Positions 1 through 14,080 of a stretch of 60,902 nucleotides of DNA are shown here, piece after piece. This DNA comes from Candidatus Hydrothermarchaeota archaeon (GTDB lineage Archaea; Hydrothermarchaeota; Hydrothermarchaeia; Hydrothermarchaeales; JALUUU01), in the NCBI GenBank assembly GCA_964481825.1, contig CAYZUE010000001.1:1-60902 (forward strand), given 5' to 3'. The position numbers and the translations under genes are program-made. Position 1 is the stretch's first letter. Each line of letters begins with the position of its first letter. Under the pieces are notes generated by a model. It saw only the letters and a list, made by a program, of their open reading frames with translations. It ran no database searches and was not told the origin of the DNA.

Positions 1-1
1 A

Positions 2-1534
2 AGGGATGTGGTGAAGGCTGCCGAAAAAGAAAAAATTGGTATTGAAATTGTTAGACGGGAATGTGAAAAATGTGGGACAATATCAATCAACACGTTATGT
101 GACAATTGTGGGAAACCAACAAAATTATCCCGTTGTTGCTTAGTTTGTGGAAAAAAAGGAGAAGGTGAAACTTGCAAATACTGTGGAATGAAAACAGGCT
201 TTTATGATTTTAGGCAATTTGATATTGGCCAAATATTAAAATCTGCCATCCGTTTAGTAGGAAATACCAGAAATAATTTAAAAGGGGTAATTGGATTGAC
301 TTCTGATTACAAGGTCCCTGAAAACTTATCAAAAGGAATTTTGCGTTCTAGGAACGATGTCTACGTTTTTAGAGATGGAACGGCCCGGTTTGATGCTACG
401 GATGATCCCTTAACTCACTTTACTCCATTTGAAATTGGCGTGTCTATTAATAAAATAAAAGAATTAGGATACGAAACGGATATTGAAGGACACCAAATTG
501 AAAACACTAATCAAGTAATAGAGCTTAAGTGTCAGGATATAATTATTCCTAAGAGTGGTGCAGAATACCTTTACCGGGCAAGTAAGTTTATAGATGAACT
601 GCTAGTTAAATTATATAAATTACCTCCTTATTATAATATTGAAACCAAAGAAAATCTAGTCGGTCATTTAATAATAGGTTTAGCTCCTCATACCAGTGCA
701 GGTATATTAGGAAGAATCATTGGATTTACAACTGCTTCCGTTTGTTATGCGCATCCTTATTTTCATGCAGCTAAAAGACGAAATTGTGATGGGGATGAAG
801 ATTCTATCTTTCTCTTACTCGATGGACTTTTAAATTTCTCTAAATCTTACCTTCCAATAACTCGGGGGGGTAAAATGGACACACCACTAGTTTTGACAAC
901 TAAGCTTGACCCTACGGAAGTAGATGAAGAAGTTCATAATATGGACATTTGCAAAAGATATTCCCTTGATTTCTATAATAGTACTTTAAAATATATTAAC
1001 CCTCAAGATATTAATGTAGAAACAATTGCTAATAGAATCGGAAAAAATACTCAATATAACTCTCTCCATTTTACGCACTCTACAACTGACATTAATTCAG
1101 GTCCAACTATAAGCGCATACAAAACACTGGGTTCTATGGAAGAAAAGGTTAAAGAACAACTAGAAATTGCAAGTAAGATAAATGCTGTAAATGAGATAGA
1201 CGTAGCCAAACGGGTCATCGAAAGCCATTTTCTTCCAGATATTGCAGGTAACCTTAGAGCCTTTTCAAAACAAACACTTCGATGTACTAAATGCAATTCT
1301 AAATATCGTCGAATACCGCTATCTGGAAAGTGTAGAAAATGTAACACCAAACTTGTTCTTACAGTACATAAAGGTTCAGTTAAGAAGTATTTGAAAATAA
1401 CAAAATTTCTAATAAATAATTACAATCTTGATGAGTATATAAAGCAAAGAGTCCGTCTTTTAGAAATAAGCATTGAATCAGTATTTGAAAAGGATAATGT
1501 AAAACAAGTTTCACTATCAAATTTTCTAGAATAA
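2..1534 (+). CDS. polC: DNA polymerase II (PolD) large subunit DP2, C-terminal ~510 aa; 5' end lies outside the window
   Basis: Frame is open to the left edge. Cys4 zinc-finger clusters (CEKCG..CDNCG, CLVCG..CKYCG), GLAPHTSAG and the catalytic HAAKRRNCDGDED motif typical of PolD DP2; C-terminal CTKCN..GKCRKC finger. Confidence 0.9.
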   Translation, partial: RDVVKAAEKEKIGIEIVRRECEKCGTISINTLCDNCGKPTKLSRCCLVCGKKGEGETCKYCGMKTGFYDFRQFDIGQILKSAIRLVGNTRNNLKGVIGLTSDYKVPENLSKGILRSRNDVYVFRDGTARFDATDDPLTHFTPFEIGVSINKIKELGYETDIEGHQIENTNQVIELKCQDIIIPKSGAEYLYRASKFIDELLVKLYKLPPYYNIETKENLVGHLIIGLAPHTSAGILGRIIGFTTASVCYAHPYFHAAKRRNCDGDEDSIFLLLDGLLNFSKSYLPITRGGKMDTPLVLTTKLDPTEVDEEVHNMDICKRYSLDFYNSTLKYINPQDINVETIANRIGKNTQYNSLHFTHSTTDINSGPTISAYKTLGSMEEKVKEQLEIASKINAVNEIDVAKRVIESHFLPDIAGNLRAFSKQTLRCTKCNSKYRRIPLSGKCRKCNTKLVLTVHKGSVKKYLKITKFLINNYNLDEYIKQRVRLLEISIESVFEKDNVKQVSLSNFLE

Positions 1535-1617
1535 TGTAAAAAAATCTCTAATATCTATCCTGTATATCTACAAATTTTGATTAAATAATAAAATTTTTTA
1601 GAAAAACCGATTTTACA

Positions 1618-2958
1618 TTAAAATTCTGTTATAGATGACTGATTTATCGTTTTCCAAGAATTCTTAATCTGTTGTTCTGTCAGCCTTTTAGAATCTTCAT
1701 AAATCTTGATAGGATCTTTATTTTCTACTAAATATTTTATTTCTTCAAGTTCGAGCTTTAATTCTGATGCTATTTCAACTGCCTTTTCATGGTTTTGATT
1801 CATTATTAGTTGAATTAATGGAATGAATTCTTTTAAAGCAATTTTTTTTGAGCAGTGAACTTTTTCATTAATTGTTTCTTTTCTCCCTTGTATTTTATCA
1901 GCTATTGAATTCAATATAGAACGTTTCTTCCTTGATTTTGAATATAAGATGAAAGTTTCTGGAAACTGATATTTCGTATATGCGTTGTATATTTTTGTCT
2001 TTGACATTGCCACCCCTGCAGACATCAAATCTATTGAATATTTCAAAAGTATCCAAGCTTGTCTTTTGAGGATTCTGCCTTTGTAAATATCCGCTTTAGA
2101 TAGATTTTTATACCCAAGAGCTAGATCCTTTGGATCTGAATATTCTCTAGGAAGGTTTTCAACTACCCATTTCATAATCAAGTCTGGATCTTCTTCTGAC
2201 TCGTTAACTGCTTCTCTAGCTTTAGTACAGGAATTTGATTTAAATATCCTTCGTATGGATTCAAAAATCTTTATTTGACTGTCTCTTCCACGGAGATTTT
2301 TTACATCGTTTAATGTAAGATTATTCTTACCTTCTGTCAAACTTTGAAGATCATTTATTGCAGCTCTTAGGTCCCCATTTGCATTAACTGATAGAATTTT
2401 AAGAACCTTTTCATCTATTGATTTATCTTCTTTAAGTTGAATTTCTTTAAGAACCTTCAATATTGTTCGCTTATCTATTCTTTTAAGAAGCAACATAAAA
2501 GTTAGTGAACGAAAGTCTTGGGGTAAATTCCACGGGTCATTAGCAATCAGTATTATTGGGTGGAGGGTCATTTTAACCCAATTTTTTAATGCTTTTAATC
2601 CCCCATAATCTGATTTTCCATGAATACCGTCCACTTCATCCAAAATGATAATCCTTTTATTAATTTTAGAAGCGAGAGTGTGTTGTGTCGCAGCTGTACC
2701 AACAATCCTGTTTATTATTGATCCTGATCGGATATCGCTAGCGTTAAGTTCAATATAATCATAACCTAGTTCTTTTGACAGAGCCACAGCTAACGAGGTC
2801 TTACCCACGCCTCCTGGGCCATGAATCAGCACCGCTTTTTTTTGTGGACTTCCTTCATTCCAGGCTTTAATCCAATTAGACAACGACTTTTTAGCGCTTG
2901 GATTACCAGCAATATCTATAATCCTCGCAGGCCTATATTTCTCAACCCATGCTTCCAT
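1618..2958 (-). CDS. rfcL: Replication factor C large subunit
   Basis: N-terminal WVEKYRP, Walker A GPGGVGKTS, Walker B ILDEVDG, 446 aa with long C-terminal helical region as in archaeal RfcL. Confidence 0.88.
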   Translation of the reverse strand: MEAWVEKYRPARIIDIAGNPSAKKSLSNWIKAWNEGSPQKKAVLIHGPGGVGKTSLAVALSKELGYDYIELNASDIRSGSIINRIVGTAATQHTLASKINKRIIILDEVDGIHGKSDYGGLKALKNWVKMTLHPIILIANDPWNLPQDFRSLTFMLLLKRIDKRTILKVLKEIQLKEDKSIDEKVLKILSVNANGDLRAAINDLQSLTEGKNNLTLNDVKNLRGRDSQIKIFESIRRIFKSNSCTKAREAVNESEEDPDLIMKWVVENLPREYSDPKDLALGYKNLSKADIYKGRILKRQAWILLKYSIDLMSAGVAMSKTKIYNAYTKYQFPETFILYSKSRKKRSILNSIADKIQGRKETINEKVHCSKKIALKEFIPLIQLIMNQNHEKAVEIASELKLELEEIKYLVENKDPIKIYEDSKRLTEQQIKNSWKTINQSSITEF

Positions 2959-3046
2959 TATAATAACCTACTACTTTTTGAGTAATAAGTATTATTCTTA
3001 GGTTTTGATTAACTCAATTATTTTATTCTCGTTTTTTAAGCTTTAA

Positions 3047-5446
<2,400 letters not shown>

Positions 5447-5448
5447 AA

Positions 5449-7881
5449 ATGGAAGAAAATTCACCATCAGCTAAGGAAAAAATTGTCCCAGTTAAAATAG
5501 AAGACGAGATGAAGAAGAGCTATATTGATTACGCGATGAGTGTAATTGTCGGCAGGGCTCTTCCTGATGTTCGCGATGGTTTAAAACCCGTTCATAGGCG
5601 CATTCTTTACGCTATGCACGAACTTGGAAATACGCACAATAAGCCACATAAGAAGAGTGCTAGGATTGTAGGGGAAGTTTTAGGTAAATATCATCCGCAT
5701 GGTGATATAGCTGTATACGATGCTCTTGTCCGGATGGTTCAGGATTTCTCAATGCGATATCCACTAATAGACGGGCAAGGGAATTTTGGGAGTTTAGACG
5801 GCGACGCTGCAGCAGCAATGCGTTATACTGAAGTTAGGATTTCTAAAATTGCCGAAGAAATTCTCTCAGATATCGAGGAGAAAACTGTTGATTACATTCC
5901 AAATTTTGACGAGTCACTAATGGAACCAACTGTACTACCTGGAATGCTTCCGAATCTCCTTTTGAATGGATCTTCAGGTATAGCAGTTGGAATGGCTACA
6001 AATGTTCCACCTCATAATCTAGTTGAAGTTGTAAATGCAACTATTGCAATCATAGATAATAAAAATATTGATATTTCAGAGATAATGGAATATATTCCTG
6101 GCCCCGATTTTCCAACAGGTGCATTTATACATGGACGGGCCGGTATTATCCAAGCATTTCAAACAGGTAGGGGAACCATAAAACTTAGAGCTAAGGCCGG
6201 AATCGAAGAAGATAATAATAAGAAACAAATTCTTATCACTGAGATTCCCTATCAGGTGAACAAGGCCAAACTTATTAAGGCCATCGCTGGCCTAGTTAGA
6301 GAGAAGAAAATAGAGGGCATATCTGACCTTCGAGATGAAAGCGATAGGGAAGGTATGCGTATTGTAGTAGAAATTAAGGGTAGCGCAATTTCTGAGGTAG
6401 TGTTGAATCAACTTTATAAACATACCCGGCTTGAGTCTACTTTTGGGATAATTAACCTAGCTATTGTTGATGGAAAACCAAGGGTATTAACAATAAAAGA
6501 ATTGTTTTCAGAATATATAACTCACAGAATCGATGTTGTAAATCGACGTACTGAATTTCAATTGAAGAAAGCGGAGAGAAGATCTCATATTCTTCAAGGA
6601 CTTCGTGTGGCTTTAAAGAATATTAGCATAGTTGTAAAAATCATTCGAGGATCCAAGACTGTTGAGGTTGCGAGGGAGGCTCTTATTCGTAAGTTTTCGC
6701 TAACTAAACTACAGACATCAGCTATATTAGATATGAAACTCCAACGCCTTGCAGCACTTGAAAGAGAGAAAGTTGAGGGTGAGCATCGTGAGTTACTAAC
6801 TAGGATATCTGTTCTAAAAGGCATATTAGCTTCCGAAGAAAAGGTTTTGACAATTATTAAAGATGAACTTATAGAACTGAGAGATAAGTATGGCGATTCA
6901 AGGAGGACTGAGATTGTCGAAGCATACGATGACCTTACAATAGAGGATCTCATAGCAGTTGAAGACATGGTTGTTACAATAACAAACAGTGGTTATATCA
7001 AGCGTCTTCCCGTAACTACTTATCGTAGTCAGAGACGGGGTGGTAAAGGCATTATAGGGATGGAAACTAAAGAAAAAGATGTCGTATCTAATTTATTTAT
7101 AGCATCTACCCACGATTACCTACTTTTCTTTTCAAATAAAGGAAAAGTTTACTGGAAGAAGGTTTACACGATACCGGAAAGTGGCCGATACTCCAAAGGA
7201 AAAGCTATGGTTAATCTTCTTGAGATAACTGATGATGAGTACATAACTGCTACAATTCCAATAAAAGATTTTGATGAAGAGCATTTCCTACTAATGGCCA
7301 CCCAGAAGGGGAAGGTGAAAAAGACAGCATTGTCTGCTTATAAAAATCCACGAAAGACAGGTATAAAAGCAATAACAATTTCTTCAGGTGATGAGCTTAT
7401 TTGTGTGAATAAGACTGATGGAAACTGTGAAGTAATCCTAGGTACTGCTAGAGGTAAGTCTATTAGGTTCAACGAAAAAGATGTTCGTCCAATGGGGAGA
7501 ACAGCTATGGGAGTGCGAGGGATTAAACTTGGCAAGAATGATACCGTTGTAGGTATGGAGATTCTTCAGAAAAAATTAACACTTCTAACAGTGACAAAAA
7601 ATGGATTTGGTAAGCGGACATCTTTAGACAAATACCCGATTCAAAGACGGGGTGGTAAAGGTGTTATTAATATTATCACAAGTAGTAGAAATGGGCATGT
7701 AATCGGAATTCAAGTTGTTCATGATGAGGATGAGATTATGTTGATGAGTGGTAATGGAATAGCAATTAGAGTTCCTGTTAAGGGGATTTCTATTATAGGT
7801 CGGATTACTCAAGGAGTGACGTTAATGAACCTTAAACCAAAAGACACTGTTTGTGCAGTTGAAAGGATACTTGAAGGATAG
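5449..7881 (+). CDS. gyrA: DNA gyrase subunit A
   Basis: [16 protein letters not shown], active-site AAMRYTE, GyrA box QRRGGKG at the start of the C-terminal repeat domain; starts 3 nt after the gyrB stop. Confidence 0.95.
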   Translation: MEENSPSAKEKIVPVKIEDEMKKSYIDYAMSVIVGRALPDVRDGLKPVHRRILYAMHELGNTHNKPHKKSARIVGEVLGKYHPHGDIAVYDALVRMVQDFSMRYPLIDGQGNFGSLDGDAAAAMRYTEVRISKIAEEILSDIEEKTVDYIPNFDESLMEPTVLPGMLPNLLLNGSSGIAVGMATNVPPHNLVEVVNATIAIIDNKNIDISEIMEYIPGPDFPTGAFIHGRAGIIQAFQTGRGTIKLRAKAGIEEDNNKKQILITEIPYQVNKAKLIKAIAGLVREKKIEGISDLRDESDREGMRIVVEIKGSAISEVVLNQLYKHTRLESTFGIINLAIVDGKPRVLTIKELFSEYITHRIDVVNRRTEFQLKKAERRSHILQGLRVALKNISIVVKIIRGSKTVEVAREALIRKFSLTKLQTSAILDMKLQRLAALEREKVEGEHRELLTRISVLKGILASEEKVLTIIKDELIELRDKYGDSRRTEIVEAYDDLTIEDLIAVEDMVVTITNSGYIKRLPVTTYRSQRRGGKGIIGMETKEKDVVSNLFIASTHDYLLFFSNKGKVYWKKVYTIPESGRYSKGKAMVNLLEITDDEYITATIPIKDFDEEHFLLMATQKGKVKKTALSAYKNPRKTGIKAITISSGDELICVNKTDGNCEVILGTARGKSIRFNEKDVRPMGRTAMGVRGIKLGKNDTVVGMEILQKKLTLLTVTKNGFGKRTSLDKYPIQRRGGKGVINIITSSRNGHVIGIQVVHDEDEIMLMSGNGIAIRVPVKGISIIGRITQGVTLMNLKPKDTVCAVERILEG

Positions 7882-7882
7882 T

Positions 7883-8668
7883 CTATTCTGTATACATCTC
7901 TCCAAATGGTCGGAGTTTTGATGGGACAATTTTTATAAATTTTTCTTTAATAATTTCTTTTAATTCATATCCAAATATTTCACAAAACTCTCCTATTGCA
8001 GTATTAAGGAATTCCATGTCATTTTTGTCTATTTCCATAATTTTCGCAGATACACCAAGTTTCCTCTCTGGAACTGATCCCCTAATATAAACAATTCCGC
8101 CATGAATTCCAGTAGCTATCCAATCCCCAATAATATCTGATTCACTATCTTTTATCCCTAATATTATGATCCTCCCACCAGCCATGTATTCTCCAAGAAA
8201 ATCTCCTGCAACTCCCGCCGCTATTATTGTTGGAAAATTCCCTTTATATTCTTTCATATGAATTCCAACGCGATATCCTACATCTCCGTTAATCATTATT
8301 TTACCCCCTCTCATACTATGACCAACAATATCTCTCGCATCGCCATGAACAATAATACTTCCATTGTTCATTGTATTTCCTAATCCATCTTGAGCATTCC
8401 CATAGATAATTATTTTAGGTCCGTCCATGAAAGATCCTAGGTCGTCTCCTGCAGTACCATGAATCTCAATTTCTATATTATCTTTAATCCCATTTGAGAT
8501 GTATCTATGCCCGTTAATGTTTGTTAGTTTAATTTTTTTTGTTTTATGAATAATAGCATTTTCAACTTTATCGTTTAATTCCTTATTTTCTAGCCCTTCA
8601 CCATTTATCACGACTTCTTTCATATTCAATTTGTTTTTAGTCATTTCATTTCCCCGCTTGTAATACAC
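7883..8668 (-). CDS. Archaeal-type glutamate synthase, GXGXG (C-terminal beta-helix) domain protein
   Basis: Repeated G-x-G-x-G units (GTAGDDLGSFMDG, GNAQDGLGNTMNNG, GDARDIVGHSMRGG, GDVGYRVGIHM). The 8668 start is GTG; an ATG at 8644 behind a purine-rich stretch is an equally plausible start. Confidence 0.8.
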   Translation of the reverse strand: MYYKRGNEMTKNKLNMKEVVINGEGLENKELNDKVENAIIHKTKKIKLTNINGHRYISNGIKDNIEIEIHGTAGDDLGSFMDGPKIIIYGNAQDGLGNTMNNGSIIVHGDARDIVGHSMRGGKIMINGDVGYRVGIHMKEYKGNFPTIIAAGVAGDFLGEYMAGGRIIILGIKDSESDIIGDWIATGIHGGIVYIRGSVPERKLGVSAKIMEIDKNDMEFLNTAIGEFCEIFGYELKEIIKEKFIKIVPSKLRPFGEMYTE

Positions 8669-10163
8669 CTAAAACATCAAGTTCAGCCTGAGTTAATCCA
8701 ACTCCTCGTAATCTATCGCGGTTCCCTCTCAAACTCTCAATTGAGTTCAATCCAAGGGCACCAAGTATCTCTTTAAGTTCGTGACTCCAGCCTTTTATTA
8801 AGTTAGATGCAGCTATGGCACCTTTTTCAGGATTAAGTCGTTTTCTAAGCTTTGGATCTTGCGTTGCTATCCCCCATGGACATTTGCCAGTATAACATTG
8901 TTTGCAAACTGTGCATCCAAGGGATATAAGAGCCCCAGTTCCTATATAAACGGCATCAGCTCCCAATGCTATAGCTTTGGCTATGTCGCCACTGTTTCGT
9001 ATACTACCACTAGCTATAATCGATCCCCAATGTCTTATCCCTTCTTCTCTAAGTCGTTGGTCAACAGAGGCTATTGCAGCTTCGATAGGAATGCCTAAGT
9101 TGTCCCTAATAACTTGAGGTGCAGCACCTGTACCGCCAGTAAAACCGTCAACAACCACTGCGTCAGCCCCTGCACGGATTACACCAGTTGCAATTGGAGC
9201 TGAATTGTGCACTGCAGCAATTTTTACAAATACAGGTTTTTTATATCTCGTTGCTTCTTTCAAAGAATAGATTAGTCTTGATAGATCTTCTATTGAGTAG
9301 ATATCATGATGAGGGGCAGGGGATATTGCGTCAGTTCCAATTGGTATCATTCTCGTCTGAGATATGGGTTCATCAATTTTCATTCCAGGAAGGTGTCCAC
9401 CTATTCCTGGTTTTGCTCCTTGTCCAATTTTTATTTCTATCGCGGACGCAACTTTCAGGTATTCCTCATGAACACCAAATCGTCCACTTGCTATTTGAAC
9501 TATAATATGATCAGAAAAAGGGTATAGATCTTTGTGTAGCCCCCCTTCTCCTGTACCCATAAAAGTACCTTGCATTTTTGCAGCTTTTGATAACGATTTA
9601 TGGGCCTCTATACTTATTGCCCCGTAGCTCATATGGGCAAACATAATTGGGGTATCAAGCTTGAGATTTGGCGGAATATCAGAGTCAAAATCAATCTTTT
9701 CTGACTTTCGACCTAAAAAAGTTCGAAGTTCCATTGGTTCGCGAAGAGGATCAATTGCAGGATTAGTAACTTGGCAGGCATCTAGAACAAGATGGTCAAA
9801 CAATACTCTATAGGGCTTTTCATTTCCCATACTTGATAATATAATACCCCCGGTTTGAGATTGAACCTGAATGTCTTTAATTGTTTTTTGAGCCCATATA
9901 GGATGCGTTGCAAATGCTTGTGGACGTTTTTCAATTGTAATGATTTTTTCAGGGCATGTGTAAACACATCGCTGACAAGCAGTGCAGTTTTCATGGTATC
10001 GAACAATATAGTTTTTACGCTTTTCTTTTCCATCTCCAGATTTCTGAAATTCTTTTTTCTGATAAATATGTACATCAAATGGACATTCTAATGAACATCG
10101 AAGGCATCCTGTGCAACGTTTGATGTCCACATTAACAAAAAACTCAGATGGTAGATTTCCCAT
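8646..10163 (-). CDS. gltB: Archaeal-type glutamate synthase, FMN-binding domain with N-terminal 2x[4Fe-4S] ferredoxin
   Basis: CTGCLRCSLECP and CTACQRCVYTCP ferredoxin motifs; KIGQGAKPGIGGHLPG hallmark of the GltS FMN domain; C-terminal CTVCKQCYTGKCPWGIATQDP cluster region. Confidence 0.88.
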   Translation of the reverse strand: MGNLPSEFFVNVDIKRCTGCLRCSLECPFDVHIYQKKEFQKSGDGKEKRKNYIVRYHENCTACQRCVYTCPEKIITIEKRPQAFATHPIWAQKTIKDIQVQSQTGGIILSSMGNEKPYRVLFDHLVLDACQVTNPAIDPLREPMELRTFLGRKSEKIDFDSDIPPNLKLDTPIMFAHMSYGAISIEAHKSLSKAAKMQGTFMGTGEGGLHKDLYPFSDHIIVQIASGRFGVHEEYLKVASAIEIKIGQGAKPGIGGHLPGMKIDEPISQTRMIPIGTDAISPAPHHDIYSIEDLSRLIYSLKEATRYKKPVFVKIAAVHNSAPIATGVIRAGADAVVVDGFTGGTGAAPQVIRDNLGIPIEAAIASVDQRLREEGIRHWGSIIASGSIRNSGDIAKAIALGADAVYIGTGALISLGCTVCKQCYTGKCPWGIATQDPKLRKRLNPEKGAIAASNLIKGWSHELKEILGALGLNSIESLRGNRDRLRGVGLTQAELDVLGVLQAGK

Positions 10164-10166
10164 ATT

Positions 10167-11219
10167 CTATACCTCTTCCAAATTGGCATCTTCGACTTTA
10201 GCAATTACAGGTGTCCCTGCTTTTGGAGCCCAAATCTCCTCAGGGTTATTACAAATAGTTCTGATAGCCGATTCTTCGCTGGCAATAAAGGTACTATTCT
10301 CAGATTGTGCTGCGATTAATGGCCTAAGTTTAATCCTATCATTAAGTCCAATCATGGTGCCCTTATTAGTCACGATTATACCAAAAGGTCCATTGAGCAT
10401 AGCGGAAGCATATATCATCCTAATTTTGGTGTAAATTGCTCTATCTTTTTCAGGCATAGAATCTATATGTTTCCAAAAAGGAGGCGTCAATGCTGTTGAT
10501 GCCGTTTTCAATGAAAGTCCATGTTTTCTCACTAATAGATCGAATAAGTAAGTTATAACTTCAGTATCGGTTCTAAATTTACATTTGTAACCATATGTTT
10601 CAAGATATCGTTTATTTGTTCCATAACTACTTATTTCTCCATTATGTACAACGCACCAATCTAGAAGGTTAAATGGATGAGCGCCACCCCACCATCCACG
10701 AGTGTTTGTTGGAAAACGTCCATGAGCGGTCCAGCAATAACCTTTGTATCTATCAATCTCAAAGAGTCTTGCAACATCACAAGGCATTCCTGCAGCTTTG
10801 AACACTCCCAGATTTTTGCCACTGGAAGCAACGTATGATCCATCTATTTCATCCGTAATTCTCATTACAATTTTAACTATATAATCATCTTTATTATTCA
10901 CACTGTCCGGCACATTTACGAAATATCTCCACGTTTCATGTGCTTTTGGTATTTCAGGTATATTGGCAGTAGGAACCTCCTCATCTTTCACTATATCCAC
11001 CAGGCCTTTTAAGAATTCTTCAGTCCTTTCTCTAGCTTCAATATCATCAATAAAAATGTGGAGGGCATATTGATTTTTATATTTCGGATAGATACCGTAG
11101 GCTGCAAACCCTCCTCCTCTGCCATCGTAACGAACATTCATGTTATCTACCATTAAGGTTATATTTTCCCCTGATATGCGTTCCCCATTTTTGTTTAGAA
11201 TCCCTGCTAAGCCGCACAT
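10167..11219 (-). CDS. Archaeal-type glutamate synthase, class-II (Ntn) glutamine amidotransferase domain protein
   Basis: Starts Met-Cys (MCGLAGI) as required for an Ntn amidotransferase; HGRFPTN, VHNGEI motifs; sits directly upstream of the FMN-domain gene. Confidence 0.82.
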   Translation of the reverse strand: MCGLAGILNKNGERISGENITLMVDNMNVRYDGRGGGFAAYGIYPKYKNQYALHIFIDDIEARERTEEFLKGLVDIVKDEEVPTANIPEIPKAHETWRYFVNVPDSVNNKDDYIVKIVMRITDEIDGSYVASSGKNLGVFKAAGMPCDVARLFEIDRYKGYCWTAHGRFPTNTRGWWGGAHPFNLLDWCVVHNGEISSYGTNKRYLETYGYKCKFRTDTEVITYLFDLLVRKHGLSLKTASTALTPPFWKHIDSMPEKDRAIYTKIRMIYASAMLNGPFGIIVTNKGTMIGLNDRIKLRPLIAAQSENSTFIASEESAIRTICNNPEEIWAPKAGTPVIAKVEDANLEEV

Positions 11220-11782
11220 TTTACAACCTCAGTGATAAAGTATTTGTGTATTCGGATATCATTTGTAAGTTCAGGATGGAATGAAGATACAAAATATTGG
11301 TCTTGCCTAGCTAAGATCGGATTTCCCCTATATTCAGCTAAAATCTCAACTTCCTTCTTTACTTCCCTTATAATTGGAGCTCTAATAAATATAGCTTTAA
11401 ACGGATTTTTTCCTAATATGGGGATATTTATTCTAATTTCAAAACTATCGCTCTGATTTCCATAAGCATTCCTCTCAATTTTAATATCCATGAGCTTCAA
11501 TGATGATTGTTCGCTATTAACAATTTTCTTTGCAAGTAATATTGACCCTGCACACGTTCCAAATATAGGGGGATGTTTATTTTTTATTGCAGTATCTATC
11601 CCATGATTTTTCATTAATTTTTCAATTGTGGTACTCTCGCCTCCAGGTATAATTAGGCCATCTAAATTTTCAATTTCTTCGCTACTTTTTATAACATGTA
11701 TTTCTTCCTTTTTAAGAATCTTCATCAACATTGTGACGTGTTCCGTAACATCTCCTTGCAATCCTAAAACACCTATATCCAT
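11207..11782 (-). CDS. pdxT: Pyridoxal 5'-phosphate synthase glutaminase subunit
   Basis: IGVLGLQGDVTEH, GTCAG nucleophile elbow, SFHPELT; follows pdxS; overlaps the downstream amidotransferase gene by 13 nt. Confidence 0.9.
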   Translation of the reverse strand: MDIGVLGLQGDVTEHVTMLMKILKKEEIHVIKSSEEIENLDGLIIPGGESTTIEKLMKNHGIDTAIKNKHPPIFGTCAGSILLAKKIVNSEQSSLKLMDIKIERNAYGNQSDSFEIRINIPILGKNPFKAIFIRAPIIREVKKEVEILAEYRGNPILARQDQYFVSSFHPELTNDIRIHKYFITEVVKCAA

Positions 11783-11847
11783 ACTATTATCACCAATTTA
11801 TCTGGTTAAACCTTTTAAATCTCAATATTTTAAAGAAAATTTAAAAA

Positions 11848-12729
11848 TTATATCCCACGTGTTTGGAGCAACTCCTCTGGTTTTAAAGATTTAATATCTA
11901 AGCCTTTCATTGCTTTGCCAATACCCTTTGATACTTCAGCTAATATCTTAGGGTCGTTAAAATTAGTAGTTGCTTTTACAATAGCTTTTGCTCTTTCTTC
12001 TGGTTCGTCAGATTTAAAAATTCCCGATCCTACAAAATTTCCATCAGCACCAAATTGCATCATTAATGCGGCGTCTGCGGGAGTGGCAATTCCACCTGCT
12101 GCAAAGTTTACAACCGGCAATCTACCTAGCTTAGCAGTTTCCTTAACTAGTGCATAAGGTGCTCCCAGATTTTTTGCCTCTGTCATTAGCTCTTCTTTAG
12201 GCATATTTTGAATCTTCCTAATTGACCCCAGAACTTCTCGTGTGTGTCTAACCGCTTCTACTACATTACCTGATCCTGCCTCTCCTTTTGTACGTATCAT
12301 TGCTGCTCCTTCTCCGATTCTGCGAAGAGCTTCACCAAGATTTCTGGCCCCACATACAAAGGGTACTTTAAACTTTTTTTTATCAATATGATTGTATTCA
12401 TCAGCGGGGGTTAATACTTCACTCTCATCTATAAAATCTATATCCATTCCTTCAAGAATTTGGGCTTCTACAAAGTGGCCAATCCGAACTTTTGCCATTA
12501 CCGGAATAGTTACGGTTTCCATTATTTCAAAAATTTTCTTGGGGTCTGCCATCCTAGCGACTCCACCTGCAGCTCTTATGTCAGCAGGTACACGTTCTAG
12601 CGCCATAACAGCGACTGCACCTGCATCTTCCGCAATGCCTGCTTGATTAGAATTTGTGACGTCCATAATCACACCTCCTTTCAGCATTTGAGCTAGACCC
12701 CGTTTTAACTTCTCAGTTCCCGTCTTCAT
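11848..12729 (-). CDS. pdxS: Pyridoxal 5'-phosphate synthase lyase subunit
   Basis: [44 protein letters not shown], highly conserved PdxS/SNZ sequence over 293 aa. Confidence 0.95.
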   Translation of the reverse strand: MKTGTEKLKRGLAQMLKGGVIMDVTNSNQAGIAEDAGAVAVMALERVPADIRAAGGVARMADPKKIFEIMETVTIPVMAKVRIGHFVEAQILEGMDIDFIDESEVLTPADEYNHIDKKKFKVPFVCGARNLGEALRRIGEGAAMIRTKGEAGSGNVVEAVRHTREVLGSIRKIQNMPKEELMTEAKNLGAPYALVKETAKLGRLPVVNFAAGGIATPADAALMMQFGADGNFVGSGIFKSDEPEERAKAIVKATTNFNDPKILAEVSKGIGKAMKGLDIKSLKPEELLQTRGI

Positions 12730-12730
12730 T

Positions 12731-14068
12731 TCAAGACCTCCGTATGTAATTAGAAACCTCCCTTTTTTTTGCCAATGTTTTTAAGCGTGAATTTTCCAAG
12801 TTATTTTTTTTATTCTCGACATTTTTCGGTCCAATTTGACCTACTACCTGTTTAACTTTTGTATAAGGGGATTCCCGGAACAAGGTTTTAAGTTCTTTTT
12901 CTTTCTTTCCAAGGGTCATTACCCCTTTTCCTTCTTCTATACGCCCTACTTCATAAATCTTTGTCACCTTTTTTAAATATTTAAATATATTTGAAACATT
13001 TTCTTCTGGCAGAATTAGCATCAGTGAATCGGTAGAAATTCCGAGTGGATCTATTTCAAGTTCAATCAGCATATTCAAAACTTTTTTATTTATAGCCCTA
13101 AGTAAAGCATCTTCGTTTAAAAGAAACTTTTTTCCAGATGTTCTAGATATTTCTGAAGCATCCCCCCTTATTCCCCCATTTGTAATATCACACATAGTAT
13201 GAATATCTCCAATACCATTTTTGAAAAGTGTGTTACAAGCATCAGTGAATTCTACATTAAGTGTTTCTTTTATTATTTCAAAATATTTATTATAAATTGC
13301 AATGGTTGATATAGTTCCTCCTCCACTACCTTTTGTTAGTAGTATTACATCTCCGTTTTCTGCGTTTCTTCTAACTTTAGGGAAGGTATTCGAAACTCCA
13401 ACAGCTGCAACTCCAGATACTAATCTATCTCCAAATACCATGTCCCCACCTACTCGTAAAGTACTCCCACTAACCAGCGGAACATTCGTTAAGTCTCCAA
13501 TGCATGAAACCCCTCCTGTAAAGTCGAATAGCTTCCCTATATCACCATCATCTGCAAGATGCAGATCACTCATCATAGCTACAGGATTTGATCCCATAAC
13601 ACAAACATCTCTCAAGGCAGCTCGAGCTGCATGGAATCCGGCTAAAAACGGAAAATCACTTAGTCTTGAATGAGTGCCGTCTAAGGCTAATGTAACGTAA
13701 TCTCCACTACATTTTACCACTCCAGCATCATCTTGATCGTTTGGACCAACTATGACATCTATGTTGCCAATAATTTCTGATATTTTTTTATGTACAAAAA
13801 AATCCCCTTCACCCCTTGAACCCACTCCAAATTCTCCCATGGCAACTCCTGACTTTGGATAATCTAAAAGAGTTTTTATAAAAGGGCTTTTAATCTTCTT
13901 GTATTCTAAGCTCGTTGTTACTTCTTGATACAAAGCTCTTGAAAAATTCTGACGTTTTTTTGAACTCCAATTTTTAAATTCTTTAACTAACTTATCTAAC
14001 TCTTCTAAAATATCTTCTTCAGCTATTCCCTTGATTAGTTGCCTTTTAGTAAATCCTTCTAAATCCAT
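12731..14068 (-). CDS. AIR synthase-related protein (PurM/ThiL/HypE/SelD superfamily), function unknown
   Basis: N-domain DDAGVV and GTHSRL, C-domain [10 protein letters not shown] pattern of the PurM fold; ~70-aa N-terminal extension with no recognisable motif. Confidence 0.65.
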   Translation of the reverse strand: MDLEGFTKRQLIKGIAEEDILEELDKLVKEFKNWSSKKRQNFSRALYQEVTTSLEYKKIKSPFIKTLLDYPKSGVAMGEFGVGSRGEGDFFVHKKISEIIGNIDVIVGPNDQDDAGVVKCSGDYVTLALDGTHSRLSDFPFLAGFHAARAALRDVCVMGSNPVAMMSDLHLADDGDIGKLFDFTGGVSCIGDLTNVPLVSGSTLRVGGDMVFGDRLVSGVAAVGVSNTFPKVRRNAENGDVILLTKGSGGGTISTIAIYNKYFEIIKETLNVEFTDACNTLFKNGIGDIHTMCDITNGGIRGDASEISRTSGKKFLLNEDALLRAINKKVLNMLIELEIDPLGISTDSLMLILPEENVSNIFKYLKKVTKIYEVGRIEEGKGVMTLGKKEKELKTLFRESPYTKVKQVVGQIGPKNVENKKNNLENSRLKTLAKKREVSNYIRRS

Positions 14069-14080
14069 TTGACCTAATTT

